Source: a virus (Duplodnaviria > Caudoviricetes). From it: a stretch of DNA of 55,018 nucleotides. The stretch is from positions 1 to 55,018 of the IMG/VR virus record IMGVR_UViG_3300048586_000930. One strand, written 5' to 3'. Shown here one piece after another: positions 1 through 9,494 of the stretch; position 1 is the stretch's first letter; each line of letters starts with the position of its first letter. Under the pieces are notes generated by a model. The model ran no database searches. It was not told the origin of the DNA and worked only from the letters and a program-made list of their open reading frames with translations. The translations under genes were made by a program, and so were the position numbers.

Positions 1-3000
1 TTATGATTTCCTCTCGTTCGGAGTCTCATCGGGACGCTCCTCGGCCGCGGAGCCGAAAGACCGCACGAAGTTTATGAGATCGGTGAGGTCGGCTTCGTCC
101 TGGAACACGCCGTCCGGACCGTCCGCGTCGACCACGGTGAAGGGGTCGTCATAGAGCCGTTCGACCTCGATCGTGCCGTGCCGTGCGATGTGGTTCTGCA
201 GCAGCGCGAGGAAGCGCGTCTGCTTTGCGCTAAGTTTCGGGTGCCTCTGAGCGAAGGCGGTGAACTTCTCACGCACTGCCTCGGGGTCCATTCCCACGAT
301 CATTCGTACTGCGAGGTAGAGCGGACCGGCGATCTCGCTGAAGAACTCCTCGAGATGCTCGCGACGCACGTCCGGGCGCTGGGTCAGGATGAGCGAAACC
401 AGCGAGTCGATTTCGAGGTCGGACACTGCTTCGCCCGCACGGATCTTCTTCAGAACCGGACTGGTCTCGAAGTGCTTCTTGAGCTCTGCCTCGACGATTT
501 GCTGATAAGCCTTCATGTCGACGGACTTCAGGCTCGCGGATCGCCGGGCGAACTGCATCTGCGCTGCATCCTCGGTGATGTCGACCACCTTTGGAGGCGC
601 GCCCTGCGAGCCGCCCTTGGCCCTGTGATGCATGATGTCGCGAAGTTGGAGGCGCGCGTCTTCCAAATCGGCGACGGTGACGTCCGTCCAGAACGCATCG
701 GACTTCACGCGCTTGATGACCTCCGCCTTCTCGCGCACCGGGTTCAGGTGCATCAGAAGGGAGGCGAGCCTGTCCATCAGCTCGATCTTCAGGTCGGCGA
801 TTTCGCCCGAGCGCCGCAGCGCGGCGATCTGCATGCGAGCAATGAGGAGGTCGAGCGCAAGGGCATCACCGAAGCCACGAATATTCCGCCACTGCATAAG
901 CGGTGCGATCTCCTGGCGCAGCCGGGCAACGGTGGCCGGGGTGAAGGCCTTCAGCACTTCAGGGCGCGATAGGGCGCGCTTTGCCTTCCATTTCTCTCGG
1001 ACCGCGATGGACTCCTCGGGCAGCGCGTTGATGTCCTGCGCCACGAGTTCGATGACTACGTCGAAGGCTGCGATCTCGCTTTTCTGGAGCGAGGTCTCGG
1101 CAAGGCTCAGGCGCTCCTCGAACACAAGTTGGGCGAGCGGCTTGCCCTGCACGGGTTCCGCCGGTCGGTAGCCCATCTCAAAGCGGGCAAAGTTGCCCCA
1201 ATGATCGAAGATGCGGAAGATGGTCTTATCTTGGCCAGGACCAAAGAGATCCGGACAGAGGCGCGTGCCACGCCCGATCATCTGCCAGAACTTCACTGGT
1301 GATTTCACGGGCTTCGCGAAAACGAGATTCACGATCTCCGGAACGTCAATGCCGGTGTCGAGCATGTCGACCGAGATTGCAATCGTGAGGTCGTTGTTGT
1401 TACCGTCACCCTTGAAGTCGTCGATGAGCTGCTCGGCCCGAGGGTCATAGTTGTCTATGACCTGACAGAATTTGCCAGCATACTGTGGGTACATTTCATC
1501 AAAGAGCTGGCGCACCAGCATCGCGTGCTGGTGGTTGCGCGCGAAAATGATACTCTTGCCAACGAGTTGTCCCGTCGCGTCCTTGATTCCGTTTTCCATG
1601 AGATTTCGGAGAATCGCGCGGTTCGTGTCCTTGTTGTAAATGACTTTGTCGATCTGCTCCGACGAGAAATCGTATTGCGCCGGGTCCTCTCCCTGGTCTT
1701 CGAGTTCCTGGATCTGCTGAGGTGAGAGGCCGTCGAGGGCAATACCGTCCCGCAGGAACTGAGTGGTATGTTCATAGACCTCGAACGGGGTCAGGTAGCC
1801 TTCCTCAACTGCCTGCTCGAGATCGTAATTTGATGTCGGCAGCTGCCCTTCGCATCCGAAGAGGCGGAAGGTGTTGCGTGTAACGAAATCGACCGGTGTC
1901 GCGGTGAGGCCGACCTGGTGACAGTCAAAATATTGAAAGATGTCGCCGTAAACGTTGTAGATGCTCCGATGCGACTCGTCGGCGATGATAAGATCAAAGA
2001 AGCCGGGGTCAAACGACTGAAAGACTTTTTGCATCGCCGGATACGTAGCGAGGAAAACCCGCTCGCTGGCATTCGCCTTCATCCGCGACGTGATGATCCG
2101 CGTAGGCTCCGACAAAAAATCATTGAATGCGTTCTTAGCCTGCTTCCGAAGCTCTTTTCGGTCGCAAAGGAAGAGAACCCGCTTCACCCATCCTGCTCTG
2201 ATGAGCAGCTCTGTAAGCGCGATCGCAACTCGGGTCTTCCCGGTCCCGGTGGCCTGAACCACAAGGGCCCTGCGATGCTTCTGGGTGAACCGCTCCGATA
2301 CCCGCTTGATTGCCTCGAGCTGGTATAGGCGATCAACGATCTGATTACTGATCTCGACTGTGTCAAGAGGCTTCTTCTGATGGCGCTGGTAGTTGGCCAG
2401 GTGCTGGAGGCTGTCCTTCGAATAGAAGCCGTAGAGCTTGCGTGGCGGAAAACCCTGAGAGTCGTCCCAGAGCCAAGTATCGAACCCGTTAGTGTAGAAT
2501 ATTACCGGCCGATGACCGAACCGCCTCTCCAAGCTATCGGCGTAGAGTTTGGCTTGATGGCGTCCGAGTTCTGCGTCGACGGACGTCTTTTTCGCCTCGA
2601 CCACGGCAAGAGGATTTCCGTTGTCATCCCAGAGCACATAGTCGGCGTAGCCGATGCTGGAAGGCGTAGGCTGGCCATCAACCTCGACTTCCTTGCCGAC
2701 CTGCGTCGTGCTTTTGACGCCTTCTGCGATATCCCAGCCGGCGCTCGCGAGCATGCTGTCAATGAGGCGAGTTCGGGTCTCCGCCTCGCTAAAGTTGAGC
2801 TGGTCGGCTGCAGCCTGCGCCGAGCTTGCAAGCTGCTTCAGTTCAGACGCTTCCCTCTGTGCAGAAGATGCTTTCGAGCGCGCTTCCTCAAGCTCTGAAA
2901 GCAACGCGTCCATCTGCGCTTCTTGGGCAGCGAGCTTTTCAAGAACTTGACGGCGTTCACGCTCCTCTGCCTGACCCGGCGTGGCCGGCTGCTGAAATGC

Positions 3001-3396
3001 GGGCAGCTGGTCCGCTTTCGCTTGGCCGTATCGAACACACATCCAGCGGGCGAGATCGTGGGCTTCCTTTAGAAGCCAGAGCGCGTGTTGCGGTCGAACG
3101 GGCTCACCATGGGCAGCCTTGTTGCCGTGCATGCGCAGAGCATGCAGCTTGTCGAGCACAACCTTCGGCGTGATCGCAACGAACGCGTCGTTCTTCAAGA
3201 GATCGACGAATGTCGGCTGATCCTGCTTCGGAAGTCGCAGCGCCTGATAGATGTCCTTCGTCAGATTCTCCGCGAATAGCCGGAGCTTGACGAGCGCGCT
3301 CGCCGGGTCCGCGTGCGCATAGGACTCCGCAAAACCGCCAAGGCCTGCGAGTTCGGGCCAACCTTCACGCAGGATCTCAAAGTTGACCGATCTCAT
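1..3396 (-). CDS. hsdR: Type I restriction enzyme R subunit (EcoAI/EcoEI-like, DUF4145-like N-terminus)
   Basis: 1131 aa. Nuclease motif ADYVL...VEAKK, Walker A QATGTGKT, DESHR, GLTATP, MLDTGID and QMIGRGTR. hsdM/hsdS would lie outside the window. Confidence 0.93.
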   Translation of the reverse strand: MRSVNFEILREGWPELAGLGGFAESYAHADPASALVKLRLFAENLTKDIYQALRLPKQDQPTFVDLLKNDAFVAITPKVVLDKLHALRMHGNKAAHGEPVRPQHALWLLKEAHDLARWMCVRYGQAKADQLPAFQQPATPGQAEERERRQVLEKLAAQEAQMDALLSELEEARSKASSAQREASELKQLASSAQAAADQLNFSEAETRTRLIDSMLASAGWDIAEGVKSTTQVGKEVEVDGQPTPSSIGYADYVLWDDNGNPLAVVEAKKTSVDAELGRHQAKLYADSLERRFGHRPVIFYTNGFDTWLWDDSQGFPPRKLYGFYSKDSLQHLANYQRHQKKPLDTVEISNQIVDRLYQLEAIKRVSERFTQKHRRALVVQATGTGKTRVAIALTELLIRAGWVKRVLFLCDRKELRKQAKNAFNDFLSEPTRIITSRMKANASERVFLATYPAMQKVFQSFDPGFFDLIIADESHRSIYNVYGDIFQYFDCHQVGLTATPVDFVTRNTFRLFGCEGQLPTSNYDLEQAVEEGYLTPFEVYEHTTQFLRDGIALDGLSPQQIQELEDQGEDPAQYDFSSEQIDKVIYNKDTNRAILRNLMENGIKDATGQLVGKSIIFARNHQHAMLVRQLFDEMYPQYAGKFCQVIDNYDPRAEQLIDDFKGDGNNNDLTIAISVDMLDTGIDVPEIVNLVFAKPVKSPVKFWQMIGRGTRLCPDLFGPGQDKTIFRIFDHWGNFARFEMGYRPAEPVQGKPLAQLVFEERLSLAETSLQKSEIAAFDVVIELVAQDINALPEESIAVREKWKAKRALSRPEVLKAFTPATVARLRQEIAPLMQWRNIRGFGDALALDLLIARMQIAALRRSGEIADLKIELMDRLASLLMHLNPVREKAEVIKRVKSDAFWTDVTVADLEDARLQLRDIMHHRAKGGSQGAPPKVVDITEDAAQMQFARRSASLKSVDMKAYQQIVEAELKKHFETSPVLKKIRAGEAVSDLEIDSLVSLILTQRPDVRREHLEEFFSEIAGPLYLAVRMIVGMDPEAVREKFTAFAQRHPKLSAKQTRFLALLQNHIARHGTIEVERLYDDPFTVVDADGPDGVFQDEADLTDLINFVRSFGSAAEERPDETPNERKS

Positions 3397-4250
3397 GCCA
3401 TTGCCTCCGCAAGCGCTGCTTCGAAAGCAGCGCGATTGGCGACCACGACAGGGATCTCGTGCGCGTTGTCGAGTTTATCAGCGACATCCAGACGTAGGCG
3501 CTTCGTGAAGTAATAAAGAAGCGCCTTGCGCACCAAAATTTCGGCGCGTCCGTTCTTCATCTTGTAATCTTGGGCGATAATCGACTGCTGGGTCTCGCTC
3601 AAAGCCGGATTTGGTGTGAGTGCGACCGCAAAATGATTGTGCCAAAGCGCGTCATCCTGGCCCGATGCGCCCGGCAGGCCAGGCTTTCGGGTCTCCATGC
3701 ATCGCGACAGGATGAAGTCCTTGAACTTGTGGTCGACATGACAGAATGCGCGAACGTGCCAACGCATCCCGTCGTCACCGAGAGCATGGGGCGTGATGCG
3801 CCTCCATTCTGGGGAAGGCTTTTGGGCGCTCATCGACTGGTAGAAGATTTCGGTGGATAGGCCCTCCCGCACAGCCTTGAGCACGTCGCGGAGGACCTCA
3901 GCATCCACGCGCCTGTGCGGTATCGGCAAGGCATCGTGCTCGGGTGCAGCGGCAAGCCAAGCCTCAGTTGCGCCGGCCGGCCCTCCGTTCGAGGCACGCA
4001 GATGCGCGAGATAGACGGATGCATTTGGTTCCACGAAGACCGGTTTGAGCGCGTCCGCGGCTCGGTAACGCTTTGCGCTCTTGTCATAAATCAGGTTTCC
4101 CGGTGCCTTCTCCTCGTAGAGCGTCAGGTCCTTGGATGCCTGCGGCACAGAGACTCCGAATTGGTCGACGATGTCGGCACGGTTGATGCCGCCCTCCCAG
4201 AAGAGGCGGAATTCAATGAACTCAAGCCGTTTCTCGACACCCCAACGCAT
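3393..4250 (-). CDS. WYL-domain transcriptional regulator, CapW/BrxR-like
   Basis: N-terminal wHTH (RLEFIEFRLFWEGGINRADI...GVSVPQAS.D) and WYL core (RRITPHAL..DGMRWHVRAFC...FKDFILSR). Its stop overlaps the hsdR ATG. Confidence 0.88.
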   Translation of the reverse strand: MRWGVEKRLEFIEFRLFWEGGINRADIVDQFGVSVPQASKDLTLYEEKAPGNLIYDKSAKRYRAADALKPVFVEPNASVYLAHLRASNGGPAGATEAWLAAAPEHDALPIPHRRVDAEVLRDVLKAVREGLSTEIFYQSMSAQKPSPEWRRITPHALGDDGMRWHVRAFCHVDHKFKDFILSRCMETRKPGLPGASGQDDALWHNHFAVALTPNPALSETQQSIIAQDYKMKNGRAEILVRKALLYYFTKRLRLDVADKLDNAHEIPVVVANRAAFEAALAEAMA

Positions 4251-4355
4251 GGTACGTCCTCATGGCGCAGACGGGAGCCCTGCAGGTAGACAGCAGCACA
4301 GCACCTCATCCGACGTGTTTCGCGATGGATCGATAAACTATACTAGTCGGCGCGG

Positions 4356-4781
4356 TCAATCGATTTTTGCGTGATGCCCTGCTGGAAGAGCTTCAGCGGC
4401 GGCACCTGCCAAAAACCGGCGACGCTGCTCACTCCAGCGCGCGGGAAACGGCGCTATCAGCCCCGGCAACGTCATTCCCTGCGGCTGTCGCCCATCCAGG
4501 ATCGCCTCGACGATGTCCGGCACCAGCAGTGTCAGCCGCAGCACCCGCGAGACGTAGGAGGAGTTGATCTTCTCCGCCTCGGCGAGCTCATTGATGGTGG
4601 CGAACCGCCCAGTCTCCAGCATCCGCCGCCACCGGAAGGCGCGTGCGACCGCCTTGATGAGCGTGACGTCCTGCCGGCGCTCCAGCGCCAGCGCGCCTGG
4701 CGTGACCATCGCCTTCCGCCCGCCGCGTGGCTTCACCCGAAGCGGGATGACCACTGTGAGGGTCTGCGCCGCCTCGCTCAC
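4356..4781 (-). CDS. Small HTH-like protein downstream of the serine integrase (possible recombination accessory factor)
   Basis: 141 aa with HTH-like FATINELAEAEKINSSYVSRVLRL. Translationally coupled to the integrase C-terminus. Confidence 0.7.
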   Translation of the reverse strand: MSEAAQTLTVVIPLRVKPRGGRKAMVTPGALALERRQDVTLIKAVARAFRWRRMLETGRFATINELAEAEKINSSYVSRVLRLTLLVPDIVEAILDGRQPQGMTLPGLIAPFPARWSEQRRRFLAGAAAEALPAGHHAKID

Positions 4782-6130
4782 GCCGCGGCCCTCCCGGCCT
4801 CGGGCGCCCGTGCGGCGAGGTCGCGGACCAGGCTGCCGAGCCCGTTCAGCCGCAGCCGCACCGCAGCCCCGCCCGCTCGGACGTCGACCCGGTCCACCAG
4901 CAGTCGCACGATGCGCGCCCGCTCGGCGGGGAAGAGCTCATCCCACAGCGGTTCGATCCGTTCCAGTGCCAGCAGGACCTCCTGCTCGGTGACGTCCGGC
5001 GCCGCCGCGCGCGCTGCCCGCCAGGTGCCGACCACCATCTCGGGCTGGCGCAGCAGCGCACCGACCTGGGCGACGACCGCCGCCTCGATCTCGCCGGCAG
5101 GCACGCGCGGGATCGCCGGCCGCTCCGTCGCGTCGCCCTTCAGCACGGCCTGGCTGACTTAGTAGCGGTACATCTGCCCGCCCCGCCCGCGGCTGTGGCT
5201 CGGCGACATGGCGCGGCCGTAGCTGTCGAAGATCAGCCCGCGCAGCAGCGGCGCGGTGGTGTTCCGTGTCCGGTTGACCCGCACTCGCGGGCTGACCTGT
5301 AGGACGGCGTGCACCGCGTCCCACTGCGTCTGCGCGACGATGGCATCGTGCTCGCCGGGATAGGCTGTGCCCTTGTGCACCGCCTCGCCGAGATACACGC
5401 GGTTGCTGAGGATGCGGTAGACGTCGCTCTTCGTGAGCGGGCGGCCCCGCTTCGTGGCGGCACCCTCGTCGCGCAGCACTCCCACCAGCTTGGTGCAGGA
5501 CTCCAACTCGACGAAGCCCTGGAAGATCCGCTGCACCAGAGCGGCCTCGGCGTCGTTCACCACCAGCTTGCGCTCGCGCACGTCGTAGCCGAGCGGCACA
5601 TACCCGCCCATCCACATGCCCCGCTTGCGCGACGCGGCCACCTTGTCGCGGATTCGTTCGCCAATGACCTCACGCTCGAACTGCGCGAAGCTCAGCAGGA
5701 TATTCAGCGTCAGCCGCCCCATGCTGGTGGTGGTATTGAAGCTCTGTGTCACCGACACGAACGTCACACTGTTTGCGTCGAACACCTCGACCAGCTTGGT
5801 GAAGTCCACCAGCGACCGGCTGAGGCGGTCGATCTTGTAGACGACCACCACGTCGACCAGCCCCTCCTGGATGTCGGCGACTAGGCGCTTGAGGGCGGGG
5901 CGTTCGAGGGTGCCGCCGGAGATGCCGCCATCGTCGTATTGGTCGCGCACCAGCACCCAGCCCTCGGCGCGCTGGCTGGCGATGAAGGCCTCGCAGGCCT
6001 CGCGCTGGGCGTCGAGGGAGTTGAACTCCATGTCGAGCCCTTCCTCGCTCGACTTCCGAGTGTAGACGGCGCAGCGGAGCTTCCGAACGGCGGCCGGCAT
6101 CACGCCGGTGGGCTTCGCGTCGCGCTTCAT
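4778..6130 (-). pseudogene. Large serine recombinase (integrase) with an internal nonsense codon
   Basis: Catalytic YTRKSSEE and VVYKIDRLSRS motifs plus a recombinase domain. ORFs 5159..6178 and 4778..5146 share a frame and read ...QMYRY*VSQAVLKGD..., with TAA at 5161-5159. Read-through length is 450 aa. Confidence 0.88.
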
Positions 6131-6633
6131 GCGACGCGCCGGCTCGGGCGCAGCCCGAAGAACACGCGCCCGTTCCATCGCGTGCCGGTGATGGCGCGCG
6201 CGATGGCGGACAGCGATTGGTAGGGGCGGCCCTGGTACTCGAAGCCGGCCCGCGTCACGGTCACGACGTGCTCAACACCCTGGTACTCGCGGATCAACTG
6301 CGTGCCGGCGATCGGCTTGTCGTCGCCGCGCCTGCGACGGACGGTGACCTTGCCGCCGTCGAGCTGCTCACCGAGCGCCTCGAGACGGGCCAGCGTCTCG
6401 GGCTTCAGGCCGCCATAGGCCAGCTCCTGGATCCGGTAGGCGAGCCGGCTCTCCAGGAAGCGCCGATTGTAGGGCGGCGGCTCGGTGCCGAAGAGCTCCC
6501 GCCAATGCTGCTTCAGGGCGGGCGTGGCGGCGGTCTTCAGGGCGGCGAGCCGGCCCAGCACGTCGGCGGGCGGGATGGCAGGGGCCGTGAACGCCGGCGG
6601 GGTGGCGGGCTTGGGCTTCGTGGTGCGCGTCAT
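6127..6633 (-). CDS. DUF2924-family protein
   Basis: LAYRIQELAYGGL, GTQLIREYQG and YQSLSAIARAITGTRWNGRVFFGL. ATG at 6633, coupled to the integrase. Confidence 0.85.
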   Translation of the reverse strand: MTRTTKPKPATPPAFTAPAIPPADVLGRLAALKTAATPALKQHWRELFGTEPPPYNRRFLESRLAYRIQELAYGGLKPETLARLEALGEQLDGGKVTVRRRRGDDKPIAGTQLIREYQGVEHVVTVTRAGFEYQGRPYQSLSAIARAITGTRWNGRVFFGLRPSRRVA

Positions 6634-6839
6634 GCGTCTCTCCGGGTGGTCCGGTTCGCATGCAGACGCTGGGCGGCCGGGAAGTGTAGCAACCGCTCTC
6701 CCCGGTCCGCCGCACCCCGCGCCGCTTCCTCGGCAGCGCGGCTGCGGAGCCGCAGCAGGCCGCGGGCGAGAAGGTCGCAGACCTCGCGTAGGTGAGGCGG
6801 GAGGTGGTGATTGGTCGGGGTCGGCAGGGGCATCGCCAT
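6630..6839 (-). CDS. Small hypothetical protein, first gene of the integration operon
   Basis: 69 aa (LREVCDLLARGLLRLR). ATGA overlap with the DUF2924 gene. Confidence 0.6.
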   Translation of the reverse strand: MAMPLPTPTNHHLPPHLREVCDLLARGLLRLRSRAAEEAARGAADRGERLLHFPAAQRLHANRTTRRDA

Positions 6840-6859
6840 CCAACACGCATGGTCCTGCC

Positions 6860-6894
6860 TGTTATGTACGGATTTGGGGTGGTGCCGTTCTCAC
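6860..6894 (-). promoter_or_regulatory. Putative ECF-like promoter, copy A (GTGAGAA-N14-ATCCGTA-NN-TAACA)
   Basis: The minus strand reads gtgagaa cggcaccaccccaa atccgta ca taaca. A near-identical motif is at 9491-9524 (+). Confidence 0.55.
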
Positions 6895-6902
6895 GGCACC
6901 AC
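6879..6902. repeat. Perfect 10-bp inverted repeat overlapping promoter copy A
   Basis: GTGGTGCCGT-TCTC-ACGGCACCAC. Confidence 0.8.
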
Positions 6903-6916
6903 GCGAAGCACCCCGA

Positions 6917-7594
6917 TCACGCCGCCTTCCGCTTTGCCTCCGACCCGAAGATGGCCCAGACATCGCGCAGCCGACGCTTCATCGTGCTCTCGTCGGGCAC
7001 CCTGCCGCCCTTCTCGGCAAACCAGCCCTGCACATGCCGGATCAGGGCGCCGAAGGATTCCGGCACGCCCTCGAAGTAGATCAGACGGCACGCCTCGAGC
7101 CGAGCCGCGTCCCAATCATAGATCGCTTGCGAACCACGGGACGTCCCAATCTTCGTACCGATCGTGATGTCATCCAGCGCTTCTTCTGTGGCCGCGTAGC
7201 GCGCGAACTCCTCGTGGCGCACGCCGACCTCGTCACGAATGACGGTGTAGCCGCGATCCTCTTCGCTCGTGCTGACCAGGCGCCGATAGAAACCCGACTC
7301 GGCCTCCAGCCAGAAAATCGTCTGCGATCCATGCCGCAGAACGAACCACGCATCGTCCGGCTTCAGGTCGACGAGGCCCTGAACACGAAGCCGGTCATCG
7401 GGGATCGGCGCGGCATCGCCATCGAGCGCGACCTCGTAGTGTCCGGCCTCCACCAGCAGGCCAGCCACGGCGGTGCAGAGCTGGATCTTCCGCTCAGATA
7501 CCAGCACCGACATGTCGAGCAGCGACAGCCCAAGCCGCTCGCACACGTCATCGATCTGATAGAAGACCTTCTTCTTCTTCGGCACGTTCGCCAT
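6917..7594 (-). CDS. Hypothetical protein, probably a DNA-binding regulator
   Basis: 225 aa with HTH-like segments at both ends (YQIDDVCERLGLS and VPDESTMKRRL). RBS GGAGG upstream. Third gene of the ImmA-XRE operon. Confidence 0.6.
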   Translation of the reverse strand: MANVPKKKKVFYQIDDVCERLGLSLLDMSVLVSERKIQLCTAVAGLLVEAGHYEVALDGDAAPIPDDRLRVQGLVDLKPDDAWFVLRHGSQTIFWLEAESGFYRRLVSTSEEDRGYTVIRDEVGVRHEEFARYAATEEALDDITIGTKIGTSRGSQAIYDWDAARLEACRLIYFEGVPESFGALIRHVQGWFAEKGGRVPDESTMKRRLRDVWAIFGSEAKRKAA

Positions 7595-7605
7595 GAAGTC
7601 CTCCG

Positions 7606-7887
7606 TCAGCCCGCGCGCATGCTGCGCAGGCGCCGATAGGCCAGCACGACGCGACCCATATCCTTGCGCATGTCGGGCGGCAGACGCTCCGCCTCGACAA
7701 ACAGGGCGTCGAGCGGAATGCCGAGGATCGCCGCGGCGCGCTGGACCACCTCATCGCTCGGTGGCCTGTCGAGATTGCGCTCGATCCGTGACCAATAGCC
7801 GGGAGAAATCCCCATCCGCTCGGCCAGATCATTGAGCCCGATCGCGAGCTCCGTGCGCCGAGCGCGCACCACATCGCCAAACGCCAT
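7606..7887 (-). CDS. XRE-family HTH repressor (ImmR-like)
   Basis: MAFGDVVRARRTELAIGLNDLAERMGISPGYWSRIER, 93 aa from the ATG at 7887. Confidence 0.88.
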   Translation of the reverse strand: MAFGDVVRARRTELAIGLNDLAERMGISPGYWSRIERNLDRPPSDEVVQRAAAILGIPLDALFVEAERLPPDMRKDMGRVVLAYRRLRSMRAG

Positions 7888-8615
7888 CACACGCCTCCTT
7901 CCACCAGGCCGTAGCGTGACAGGCGCACGGCGATGAACCGCTCCGACACACCGAAATCGCCGGCCAGCGCCGCCAGCACGCCGGCGAGAACATCGGACGG
8001 ATTGCCGGCCGCGACGATCGGGCTGGCCGGTCGGCCCTGGTGCGGCCCGCGGCAAAGCCGCAGCCCCTCGCCGCGCGCGTAGGCCAGCAGCCGCGTGTGC
8101 AGCGGCACTGGCGGCGCCAGCAGGGCGCCCATGAACTCGTTGGCACGAGCTTCAGCGCCACGACCCTGGCGTTCGAGCGCCCGCGGTGAACTCGCCACCG
8201 CGTGATAGCGCTGGTCTCCTCTGGCCAGCGCGGCCGGCACGTCAAACAGCAGATGGCCGAGCTCATGCGCCGCCGTACTCAGCGCCAGGTCGGGGCGATT
8301 GGCCGTCATTGGTCCATTGACCGCGATGTAGGCCCAGCCCGGTTCGTGCGCATCGATGTCGCAGAGGCCGAGCACGGTCTGGCCGAACTCATCGCGCAGC
8401 GCGCGGCCCAGCTCCCAGGACACGGACAGGCGCTGCCCGTTCACCTCGACCGCGCGACAGGCGTCGATCAGGGCCGGGAGGGTGAGCGCGAGGCTGTCGG
8501 GCTCGCGCGGGACCTGGCGCCGGACCTGGGCGGCAACCGCGCGAATGGCTGGGGCAGCTGCGTCCTGGCGCGGGCTGAGCGCCGCGGCTGCGGGATAGGC
8601 GATCGCGATGCACAT
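7887..8615 (-). CDS. ImmA/IrrE-family Zn metallopeptidase
   Basis: TAAHELGHLL (HExxH) and EARANEFMGALLAP. Adjacent to the XRE gene. Confidence 0.9.
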   Translation of the reverse strand: MCIAIAYPAAAALSPRQDAAAPAIRAVAAQVRRQVPREPDSLALTLPALIDACRAVEVNGQRLSVSWELGRALRDEFGQTVLGLCDIDAHEPGWAYIAVNGPMTANRPDLALSTAAHELGHLLFDVPAALARGDQRYHAVASSPRALERQGRGAEARANEFMGALLAPPVPLHTRLLAYARGEGLRLCRGPHQGRPASPIVAAGNPSDVLAGVLAALAGDFGVSERFIAVRLSRYGLVEGGV

Positions 8616-8657
8616 GGGAATTAAAGCCCCGGCTTAGAGATGATTGGGCAACGGCAA

Positions 8658-8672
8658 GTTCACTGTATGTTC
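8658..8672 (-). promoter_or_regulatory. Alphaproteobacterial LexA (SOS) box
   Basis: GTTC-ACTGTAT-GTTC is an exact GTTC-N7-GTTC, about 43 bp upstream of the ImmA-like start. Confidence 0.75.
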
Positions 8673-8705
8673 CACTCCGTGGAGGTGTCCAGCGCTCTCG
8701 TCGAG

Positions 8706-8854
8706 AGGGGGTGCGTTGATCGCGGCTATCACGCACCCCCTGGTGCGTAAGTGTTTGATGGGGAGTGCTAACGCATTGAGTAGTTATGGGGTGCGATGAT
8801 TGGCGGGGGCGTTCAATGCACCCCTGCGCACCCCCTTGCCCTAGCCGCACCCCC
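8706..8854. repeat. Array of six GCACCCC(C) motifs, putative operators
   Basis: Perfect 11-bp inverted repeat AGGGGGTGCGT (8706-8716) / ACGCACCCCCT (8731-8741). Further copies at 8788-8795 (reverse), 8817-8824, 8827-8835 and 8846-8854. Confidence 0.75.
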
Positions 8855-8909
8855 GACCGTGGCGCTGATCTCGGCTCATCGCAATCAACCGAGCCGGAAG
8901 GGCCGTGGG

Positions 8910-9494
8910 ATGAGAGAGAAACAGCAATCGCAGGCACATCTTCCTGAAAAATGGGATGAACATCAGGTCCGCGCGGCACTGGCGGCGGCTCGCTTCCACG
9001 CCGCGCGTTTCGCCCGGCAGCGTCGCCTGGCCCGGGAGGACCGGGAGGACCTGACCCAGGACATCCTGCTGGTCATCCTTGAGGCGGGCCAGCGCTTCGA
9101 CGTTACGCGGGCGTCCTGGGCCACCTTCGTCGCTGTGCTCGCGCGGCGTGCCGTCATCGATCGCGCGCGGCAGCCATCGCCGCCGGCGTGCGTGTCCCTC
9201 GATGGCGAGTTCGCTGCAGACATCCGTAGTTCCCTCGTGGTGCCGCAGGCAGATCCCGACATCGGCATCGCATTCGGGCGCGTCGGCGAGGATCTACCGC
9301 CGGCACCGCGAGCGCTGCTGCGGCGGATCATCCTGTACCGTGATGTCGCGGCAGCGCGCGACGCCGGCGCTGCCTCTCCCGCCACCTTCTATCGCGAGCT
9401 CCACGACCTGCGCTGCTGGCTGCGCGCGCTCGGTGTCCGCCCTGCGGCAGCAGCATCCGTGCGTGGGACGGCGCCGATGCGATCGGGGCCGTGA
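8910..9494 (+). CDS. Sigma-70/ECF-like factor (region-2-like domain)
   Basis: DREDLTQDILL...RFDVTRASWATFVAVLARRAVID resembles sigma region 2. C-terminal HTH-like segment (AASPATFYREL). Confidence 0.7.
   Translation: MREKQQSQAHLPEKWDEHQVRAALAAARFHAARFARQRRLAREDREDLTQDILLVILEAGQRFDVTRASWATFVAVLARRAVIDRARQPSPPACVSLDGEFAADIRSSLVVPQADPDIGIAFGRVGEDLPPAPRALLRRIILYRDVAAARDAGAASPATFYRELHDLRCWLRALGVRPAAAASVRGTAPMRSGP

Noticed and set aside
4337-4359. TTGACC...TATAGT on the minus strand as a sigma-70 promoter for the WYL gene
   Set aside because: The spacer is only 11 nt.
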